Shown here: positions 56,964 to 64,000 of the stretch, in pieces | Layout: each line of letters opens with the position of its first letter | Numbering within the stretch: the first letter of the stretch is position 1 | Assembly: GCA_963774955.1 (NCBI GenBank) | Contig: CAVZGV010000006.1 | Coordinates: forward strand, 159,224 to 223,223 | DNA length: 64,000 bases | Direction: 5' to 3' | Source of the DNA: Candidatus Falkowbacteria bacterium | GTDB lineage: Bacteria > Patescibacteriota > Patescibacteriia > CAIXNZ01 | Translations under genes and position numbers: made by a program | Notes under the pieces: generated by a model | Database searches by the model: none | What the model was told of the DNA's origin: nothing | The model's input: only the letters and a program-made list of their open reading frames with translations

Positions 56964-58533
56964 CAGCCAACATTATATCAAAATCCATAATTGCAGCTGA
57001 TAAGTCATACAAAAACTGATCATCTTCAAAAGCATAATAATATATAGGTATTCCGCTAAAAACCAGGTCGGTGACGTAAATAAAGTCATCAACCGTCATC
57101 CGGCCGATCACCTTCCTTTCCGGAAAAAATATTTTATCGCTGCGCTGACTGACGATAACAGCATTGGGCTCAGTCAGGCTGACAATCTTCTTGTTAATTT
57201 CATTATAATCTCTGATATTCTTTTTAATACTCAATAAATTGTCATTGCCCAGAAAAAAAAGAGCCTCTAGCGAAAAAAACAAAACTGACAAACCCAAGCC
57301 TAAGCTTAAAATAATCCGCTTTTTTTTGGATCCAACAAGGTTAATTATTTGCCGGTAAAAAATCGCAGCCAGAGGTAAGGCCAGAATATAAACCGGCAAG
57401 AAATAACGGACATAAGAAATACCGATCCGATTCAGCTGCAAAGTCATCAAATCAACAAAAACCCAACTGCCATAATATATTATTAAATATAATGAAACGG
57501 AAATAGAAATCAAAAAATATACTGCGTGTTCTTTATTGTTATACTTTTTTATAAAGAATAATAGACCCAAAGTAGCGGCGATAAAAAGCCACCAGAACAA
57601 ACTGATAAAATAAGTATAGATGCTAACCAGTGCGGTCTTGGGATGGACGCCGAAAGGTATAATTAAAAATTTAACAAAATTTACAATATCCGCACCTGCG
57701 GTTTTAAATTCCGCTGGCAATTGACTTGTCAGGCTAGAACCATTTTCCAGCCTTAAATAGCCGAAAGACAAAAAGCTACCATAAGTAATTTGATTGTAAT
57801 ACAAGATCGGCATAAAAACCGTGACCAAAACTGTCAACCCGATCAAGACATACTGCCATTTGATTTTTTGCTTATAAATCAAAAGCAAAAATCCGACCAG
57901 ACCCAAAATCCATAAAAATTCATTAGTCCTGATGGTTAAGGCCAAACTGACCAAGAACGAACCCAAAATAATATAAAGAGTATTGTTTTGTTTAACCGCC
58001 TTATCAATTTTCAGAAGATAATAAAGTCCAATCATTAAAAAAGATAAAAAGGCGATATTGGGCAACATGCTGAAATTAGCATAATACCACCAGGCGGGAT
58101 TCAAATAAAATAAAATGGTGCTGATAAAGGCAATATTTGGCTCAAATAAACGCAACAAAATTTTATAGAAATAAAGTCCGGCCAGTACGGCCAAGAGCGG
58201 AGTTAGAAACTGAACCAAGCCGATGCCTACTATTTTACCGATCAGTCCGTAAATCAACAGCAGGCCTAAAAACGAACCCGGCACGATATTTCCCTGATAA
58301 ACATTAAAGCTGCGCGGTTTCACTAAATTGGCGGCAATTTTATTCAAAGGTTCGGCTACGCTTAAACTAGTATGTTCAATATAATTATTAATGAAAAAAT
58401 AATTGGCAGTCTCATCCGGCCAGGTATAATGGTGCCCCGAATTACCAAAAATTAAAAACGAGTAGATAAAAAAGAATATCACGGCTAAGATGGCTAAGAT
58501 CACGATTGGTTTGTTTTTCAGGTTTAAGTTCAT
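56887..58533 (-). CDS. Large polytopic membrane protein, possible GT-C glycosyltransferase (ArnT/PMT-like)
   Basis: About 12 TM helices with a periplasmic C-terminal domain. Located in the rhamnose/GT gene neighbourhood. Assignment by topology only. Confidence 0.35.
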   Translation of the reverse strand: MNLNLKNKPIVILAILAVIFFFIYSFLIFGNSGHHYTWPDETANYFFINNYIEHTSLSVAEPLNKIAANLVKPRSFNVYQGNIVPGSFLGLLLIYGLIGKIVGIGLVQFLTPLLAVLAGLYFYKILLRLFEPNIAFISTILFYLNPAWWYYANFSMLPNIAFLSFLMIGLYYLLKIDKAVKQNNTLYIILGSFLVSLALTIRTNEFLWILGLVGFLLLIYKQKIKWQYVLIGLTVLVTVFMPILYYNQITYGSFLSFGYLRLENGSSLTSQLPAEFKTAGADIVNFVKFLIIPFGVHPKTALVSIYTYFISLFWWLFIAATLGLLFFIKKYNNKEHAVYFLISISVSLYLIIYYGSWVFVDLMTLQLNRIGISYVRYFLPVYILALPLAAIFYRQIINLVGSKKKRIILSLGLGLSVLFFSLEALFFLGNDNLLSIKKNIRDYNEINKKIVSLTEPNAVIVSQRSDKIFFPERKVIGRMTVDDFIYVTDLVFSGIPIYYYAFEDDQFLYDLSAAIMDFDIMLADGVDINEKERLFKIIYPYYGSEQGD

Positions 58534-58683
58534 TGATGTATGTTTATAATCCAGCGAATTACGAATTAAATACGAATATACGAATGGCGCCTAAATCCTT
58601 TAATTTCGTATATTCGTAAAAAATTCGTACTTTCGTAGGGTCTATTACCTTTTATTTTAGCAAAAATATGATAAAATGAAAAC

Positions 58684-60750
58684 ATGGTAAAAAAACTTAT
58701 TACAATTAGTCTTTTGGTTCTAACTTTAGCCGTTTTATTAAATTTAAACTGGCTCCAATCCCCTTCTTTAGGGGTGGTTTTAAGTTTAGCTTATTTACTG
58801 ATCTTCGGTTATTTACTGGGAAAGATCATTTTCCCGAACCAAGATAACGCTTGGAAAATTGTTTTTGGGCCTTTTTCTCTGTTATCAACCTACTCACTTA
58901 TTGGTGCCATAATTTACTATCTGTACCGCCTAGACCAGCTTGTTGTCAGTATTATCTTGGCTATCTGTTCCCTGACAATAATTTATTTCCGCGACACCAA
59001 AACTCAAACTTTAAATTTTAATTTCAGACCATCTTTAACGAACATAAAGTCATACTTGCAATCCCTACCCTTAACTCTCAGCTATTTAATTTTAGTTACC
59101 CTCTCGATTTATATAGTTTTTACCCACGGCACAACAGAGGCAATAAAATCGCCCTGGCAAATTATTCCCTCTGCCTTTTTTATTATTTATTTCCTGGCGA
59201 CTTTTAACCTGATTTTTCTTTTATTTAAATTTAAAAGTTTTTTAAATTATTATTTAGTCTGGCTGCATTTTTTTGTAACTACCGGTATAGCTTTGTTTAT
59301 TTACCGACTGGGCTTTGGCTTTGATCCTTTTATCCATCAGGCTACTGAACTGGCGATTTTCAAGCAGGGCCTGATTTTACCCAAGCCATTTTACTATCTT
59401 GGACAATATTCTTTAGTCATAACCCTGTCACATTTATTTCAAGTTTCCGTTAGCTGGCTAGATAAGCTTTTACTCCCCTTACTTTTGGCGATTTTCTTAC
59501 CGTTTACCTTGGCAACTACATTCATTAAAACTTTTAACTGGCCAAAGAATCTGGCCTGGATTTTGAGTCTGCTCTTTTTGATTCTTCCCTTTGAACTTTT
59601 TATTGCCACGACACCCCAAGCCCTGGCCAATCTTTTTGCCATTATAATTCTATTCCTTTCATTTCTCTACCTCAAAGACCGTCAAATACCGTTTTGGTAC
59701 CTATGCATTTTGGCACTAACCACTCTGGCAATCCACGCCCTTTCCGGCATCCCGGTTGCCATATATTTAATCCTGGTCTGGCTAATCAGCCACAAAAACA
59801 AAATGACTCAAGTGCTATTACCGATATTCGCCATATTCGCTGGGCTTTCTTTACCATTCGCATTATATCTAAACTCTCTGATTTCTATTTATTCAGTAAG
59901 CTTCAACTGGCAAAATTTCAATTTACTCTCCTGGCCAACAATCTTTAGCCGCCAATTTAATTTCTTTCTTGACCTAGCTTACTTGTATCAATATAGTATT
60001 CATTGGTTGTTACTTTTTTTTGTAATAGTAACATTATATACAGTTATAAAAAAACATTTATTGCCGTACTTTCTGCCCTGTTTACTGACCTTTTTAATTC
60101 TGGCTATTAATGCCGTCTTTCTGAATTTTACCAAAGTATCAATGATCATTGACTATGAGCAAGCTGAATTTTCCCAACGAGTTTTACAATTAGCCCTCTA
60201 CTTTTTATTGCCTATTGCCATCTATGGTTTATACCAAATTTTAGAGAAATTAAAGACTAAAACCTTTATCTATCAATCTGCTTTTATAATTGGCCTTACT
60301 CTTGCACTCACCCTGACTCTATATTTAAGTTACCCCCGTTTTGACGACTACGACAATTCCAAGTTTATTAATGTTTCCCTATCTGACTTTCAAACCGTAA
60401 ACTTTATAGAACAAAACAGTCAAGGTCAAAATTATATAGTCTTAGCTAATCAAATGGCCTCGGCTGCAGCCATTAAAACCTTCGGCTTTTCCAGATATTA
60501 CAATGGACAATATTTTTATCCGATACCCACGGGAGGAGAACTTTACCGCTATTTTGAAACCATGATTTATGAGACTCCGGACAAAAAAAACCTGGAACAA
60601 GCCATGGATAAAGTCGGAGTCAAAGTCGCCTATTTTATTCTGCCTTCGTACTGGAGCCGTTATGCTCTGATAACCGAAGAGGCTAAAAAACACGCTGATG
60701 TGATCTATAACCTAGATGATAAAGTTATGATTTTCAAATATTTTCGTTAA
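58684..60750 (+). CDS. Large polytopic membrane protein with C-terminal soluble domain (possible GT-C glycosyltransferase)
   Basis: 688 aa, more than 12 TM helices. Same neighbourhood logic as above. Confidence 0.35.
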   Translation: MVKKLITISLLVLTLAVLLNLNWLQSPSLGVVLSLAYLLIFGYLLGKIIFPNQDNAWKIVFGPFSLLSTYSLIGAIIYYLYRLDQLVVSIILAICSLTIIYFRDTKTQTLNFNFRPSLTNIKSYLQSLPLTLSYLILVTLSIYIVFTHGTTEAIKSPWQIIPSAFFIIYFLATFNLIFLLFKFKSFLNYYLVWLHFFVTTGIALFIYRLGFGFDPFIHQATELAIFKQGLILPKPFYYLGQYSLVITLSHLFQVSVSWLDKLLLPLLLAIFLPFTLATTFIKTFNWPKNLAWILSLLFLILPFELFIATTPQALANLFAIIILFLSFLYLKDRQIPFWYLCILALTTLAIHALSGIPVAIYLILVWLISHKNKMTQVLLPIFAIFAGLSLPFALYLNSLISIYSVSFNWQNFNLLSWPTIFSRQFNFFLDLAYLYQYSIHWLLLFFVIVTLYTVIKKHLLPYFLPCLLTFLILAINAVFLNFTKVSMIIDYEQAEFSQRVLQLALYFLLPIAIYGLYQILEKLKTKTFIYQSAFIIGLTLALTLTLYLSYPRFDDYDNSKFINVSLSDFQTVNFIEQNSQGQNYIVLANQMASAAAIKTFGFSRYYNGQYFYPIPTGGELYRYFETMIYETPDKKNLEQAMDKVGVKVAYFILPSYWSRYALITEEAKKHADVIYNLDDKVMIFKYFR

Positions 60751-60775
60751 AAACCCGTTCTTTCAAGGAGGAAAA

Positions 60776-61141
60776 ATGCCCCGACCTGATACAGAGCTGC
60801 TAATAAGGTTTGAGCGTATTAATCGCCTTTATTTTCAAGGGCAATACCGGCTAAAAAGCCTAGCCTGGTCTTCACAGCCGTTTACCGGGATCTATCGCGG
60901 TTATGACTGCGCTGGATGCTGGGCATTTTTTACACCAACGCATCGAATCTACCTGAATGTTTGCCTGAAAGGCAAATGCCCCCTATATGTGCTTGATTAC
61001 CTGATCTATCACGAATGCCTGCACTTATATTGGAATCGACATTGTCAAAGTTTCATGGCCGAGGAACAAAAGTTCAAACATTATCTCAAAGCCGATCAAT
61101 GGCTAAAAAAACATGAACAACTAAAAAAAGCGACTTGCTAA
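60776..61141 (+). CDS. Small HExxH-motif protein (SprT/WLM-like zinc-metallopeptidase fold, tentative)
   Basis: YLIYHECLHLYWNRHC contains HECLH. Confidence 0.3.
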   Translation: MPRPDTELLIRFERINRLYFQGQYRLKSLAWSSQPFTGIYRGYDCAGCWAFFTPTHRIYLNVCLKGKCPLYVLDYLIYHECLHLYWNRHCQSFMAEEQKFKHYLKADQWLKKHEQLKKATC

Positions 61142-61191
61142 GCAGGTCGCCTTTTTATATACTGCCGATAAATTTTTGATTTTATAGTTTA

Positions 61192-62583
61192 TTATTTTGC
61201 CTGACCGTTTTCTACCCAAATCACATTTGAACAGCTGAAATTCTGTGCCTGATCCAGGCTGCAAACCCGATAATACACATTGCCCGGACTGGTAATATTT
61301 ACTTCTTTATCCAAATAAGACTCATTGCCCTTGGTTGTCTTGGTCAGATATCCGGCAGTCGGAAATAATAAATTAGCATCAGTGATTGATTTCAATATTC
61401 TATATTCCTTAAAATCTTCTTCATTATTAGCTGTCCAGCTCAAGCTGACTCCACTGACTGAAATTATTGCCTGAAGCTGAGGCACTGCTGGCGGTGTAGA
61501 ATCTTTAGCTGCGACCGAAATATCAAGCACATTGCCACAACTGACTTTTGCACTGGTTTTAACCACACAAACACGATAATAATACTGCTTCCCCGCCCCG
61601 ACTGTATCATCGGTAAAAGATACCAAGTCCTTATTAGCTGAAGATTTGATAACAAGATCATCCGGATATTTCAGATCGCTATGTTGTTCTGAACGGACTA
61701 TTTTATACAGACTAAAATTATCCGCAACATAAGGTGACCAGCTCAATTTCACGCTACCAACCTTTTGTTCGGCCTTAAGCGCCAAGCTGTCACTAATTAT
61801 TTCGTAGTTCGGCTCCTGTTCCGGCAAAACTTCAACCAAACCCTTATCCAGATCAAAATTCCATTTATACCAGGTTTCCTTGGCCAAGATCTGCTGTTCA
61901 AAAGTATCTATTTTGAACAGATCTTTTTTAGCGGCCTTAAAGTCTATCAGTGCTTTTTCATTAGCATCCAAACGACTGGACATTAAAATATTATCCTTAT
62001 CCATAATATCGACTTTCACCTGATTTTCCATAACTAAAATAGCCAGATATTCTGTTTCGTCATTTACAATAATTTCAAATTTTGTGCCTAAAGCGGTAAT
62101 TTTCGCCTGTAAAACAACAACCTGATACTGTCCAGCTGTGGTTATATTATTGTATATTCTACCTCTTAATAACTTTATGACCACATTATTTTCATCCAGC
62201 TTATCTACGATTATTTCAGTATTTGCAGCCAAACGAATCTTAGTCCCGTCATCGAGACCCAAAACCGCGAGACTGTTTTCACCGGTTTTTATTTTGTCGC
62301 CCTGATGTAAAACTGCTTTATCAATGGCTTTCTCATAGCCTTTAACCGCGATATCTACCATAACATCGCCTTGCAAAAGGCTAATTTCGCCGCTGATTAT
62401 TTTTGTTTCTATAATCTCTGCATTATTTAAATTATCCTCCAGAACCGGCTTGTTTAATTCAATTTTAGAAAAATAATTAATATAGAACCAATAAATCAAA
62501 GCGCCGACAATCATAAAAATGAGGACTACAATTACCCATTGGAAAGGATTGCTTTTTCTTTTATAATAATACATCATAGACAA
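61192..62583 (-). CDS. Membrane-anchored protein with fibronectin-III-like repeats (hypothetical)
   Basis: N-terminal TM. Two blocks of the form SWSP...Y(K/R)I(V/L)(R/K)S...YYYRVC, reminiscent of Fn3. Confidence 0.45.
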   Translation of the reverse strand: MSMMYYYKRKSNPFQWVIVVLIFMIVGALIYWFYINYFSKIELNKPVLEDNLNNAEIIETKIISGEISLLQGDVMVDIAVKGYEKAIDKAVLHQGDKIKTGENSLAVLGLDDGTKIRLAANTEIIVDKLDENNVVIKLLRGRIYNNITTAGQYQVVVLQAKITALGTKFEIIVNDETEYLAILVMENQVKVDIMDKDNILMSSRLDANEKALIDFKAAKKDLFKIDTFEQQILAKETWYKWNFDLDKGLVEVLPEQEPNYEIISDSLALKAEQKVGSVKLSWSPYVADNFSLYKIVRSEQHSDLKYPDDLVIKSSANKDLVSFTDDTVGAGKQYYYRVCVVKTSAKVSCGNVLDISVAAKDSTPPAVPQLQAIISVSGVSLSWTANNEEDFKEYRILKSITDANLLFPTAGYLTKTTKGNESYLDKEVNITSPGNVYYRVCSLDQAQNFSCSNVIWVENGQAK

Positions 62584-62597
62584 AGTCCAAAGTATAA

Positions 62598-62629
62598 GCC
62601 GCGGAGCGGCTTCCCGCTACGCGGGAAAG
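62598..62629. repeat. Tandem double-hairpin element (copy 2 of 2; see 24224..24255)
   Basis: agccgcggagcggcttcccgctacgcgggaa identical to copy 1. Confidence 0.6.
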
Positions 62630-62690
62630 TTAAAAGTCTAAAGTTTTGGCATAATTTAAATAATATATCCCATTATTTAGCCTTTAACCT

Positions 62691-63869
62691 TTACAGCGAT
62701 AATAACTTATAGATATAATTTTTTATATCCCACTCTGTTGCTCTTATTTTAGCATTTTCTGACATTTGTGTGAACTTATCCACGTTATCCTGGCAGTGTC
62801 TCAGCTTATTCAACAGGCTGATTTTATTACCAGCCTCAAAAAGATAGCCGTTTACTCCCTCCTGAACTAATTCAGGCACTCCGCCGATTGCCGCGGCAAT
62901 GACCGGAGTCCCGCAATTAAAGCTGTCGTAAATCAAAGTCGGTGAATTTTCATAGCATAATGATGGCAAAACCGCATAATGTATCTTCTTAAATACCTGC
63001 TGACTCAATAAATTAGCGGGAATATAGCCCATAAATTCCAGCCACTTGGCTTGCCCATATTTTTCTCTCAAGGCTTTTTCCAGCCTGCCTTTACCCACAA
63101 TATATAATTTACAATTATTATCCCGGGCAAATTCTTCAAAAACTTTAAGTAATAAAATAATGCCTTTGTGTCGTTCTAACTGTCCCAAAAAAAGATAATT
63201 AATCTTCTGGTCGGGAAAAACTTTTTTATAATCAACCGGTTCCAGAATAACTGGATTGGGCAAAATAACTTTTTGCGATTTAGCGAAAAAACCGTAATTA
63301 GTATAAAAGTCCAGCAGCCATTTTGAAGGTGAAACAACAATTTCAGGACTGTTAAAAAGCGCCTTAGTTATCTGGGCAAATACCCAGCAGTAAAAACCCA
63401 GATGTTCCTTACCCTTAATAATTAGACCTGACGGATTGACCAACTGAACATCATGAAGTGTATGAATATTCCTAATTTTCAGACTCCTTACGGCTTTTAA
63501 TGTTAAATAACCCAAGCCCTTAAGATTGTGAGTTAAGACTAATTGCGGGTTTTCCTGTTTTAATATTTTCTTCACCTGATAATACGAATGCAAATTAAAA
63601 GTATCAACAATATGCCAAATAAACCTTGGCCAGAAAGGCTGGGAATTAATATCGACGAAAGAAAAAATGTTTTTCGGATAAAAACGATAGACCTTAATAT
63701 CATCCATTTCCTTGGCTGAAAATTTTGTTTTTTCAGGCTTGGCCGAAATGGTAATTACAAAAACATCGTGGCCGTTTTTTTTCAGTTCTTTAACGATATT
63801 GGAAAAAACCACTTCTGCTCCCCCGCGCCGATACGGCTTATAGAGACTATTAATGAGAGCAATTTTCAT
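62691..63869 (-). CDS. Glycosyltransferase family 4 (GT-B, GT1-like)
   Basis: C-terminal E-x7-E region AAAIGGVPELVQEGVNGYLFE and N-terminal GGAEVV. Confidence 0.75.
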   Translation of the reverse strand: MKIALINSLYKPYRRGGAEVVFSNIVKELKKNGHDVFVITISAKPEKTKFSAKEMDDIKVYRFYPKNIFSFVDINSQPFWPRFIWHIVDTFNLHSYYQVKKILKQENPQLVLTHNLKGLGYLTLKAVRSLKIRNIHTLHDVQLVNPSGLIIKGKEHLGFYCWVFAQITKALFNSPEIVVSPSKWLLDFYTNYGFFAKSQKVILPNPVILEPVDYKKVFPDQKINYLFLGQLERHKGIILLLKVFEEFARDNNCKLYIVGKGRLEKALREKYGQAKWLEFMGYIPANLLSQQVFKKIHYAVLPSLCYENSPTLIYDSFNCGTPVIAAAIGGVPELVQEGVNGYLFEAGNKISLLNKLRHCQDNVDKFTQMSENAKIRATEWDIKNYIYKLLSL

Positions 63870-64000
63870 AATTATTTAACTAATTTTTTATATAGATTTT
63901 CCAACTGGAGGATTAATGTCTGCTGATTGTATGTTTTTTCCGTCCTCTCTCTGGCGGCCTGGCCCATCTTGCTTCGGTAGTCGTCATTAAATAGTAGTTT

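Noticed and set aside
1-64000. CRISPR arrays, rRNA and tRNA genes
   Set aside because: No regularly spaced direct repeats with unique spacers were seen. No tRNA-like cloverleaf with a GTTCRA T-loop and no rRNA-like segment was found in any intergenic region.

Overview
This is an AT-rich bacterial chromosomal segment. Gene content is CPR/Patescibacteria-like, but that attribution is inference only. The conserved backbone comprises a split dcw cell-wall cluster (murG, ftsW, murD, then mraY 12.5 kb away; murA elsewhere), an iscR-iscU-nfu-iscS Fe-S operon, ribosomal proteins L27 and L9, pyrG, an S41 protease, a dTDP-rhamnose pathway (rmlA x2, rmlB, rmlC-like, rmlD) and glycosyltransferases. The main finding is a complete diversity-generating retroelement (DGR) at about 17.4-22.7 kb. 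It has a DGR-type reverse transcriptase, an Avd accessory protein encoded head-to-head with the RT, and a 113-bp template repeat (TR). Three paralogous target genes end in variable repeats (VR). VR2 and VR3 differ from the TR at 19 and 22 positions, and every one of those positions is a TR adenine; the third target, about 17 kb away, has a decayed VR. The DGR core and one target are bracketed by two 100%-identical direct copies of an IS1595-like insertion sequence, giving a composite-transposon-like layout. The whole accessory island sits between mraY and murD. Other notable items: an ATP-grasp/PP-loop ligase cluster beside the murein genes; GTAG-headed REP-like palindromes with a RAYT-like IS200-family transposase that carries an in-frame REP; two paralogous proteins with ADP-ribosyltransferase-like motifs flanking a nitroreductase; a strongly GC-rich, apparently foreign secreted-protein gene; a frameshifted pyrG; and several families of repeated intergenic elements. 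No rRNA, tRNA or CRISPR array was found.
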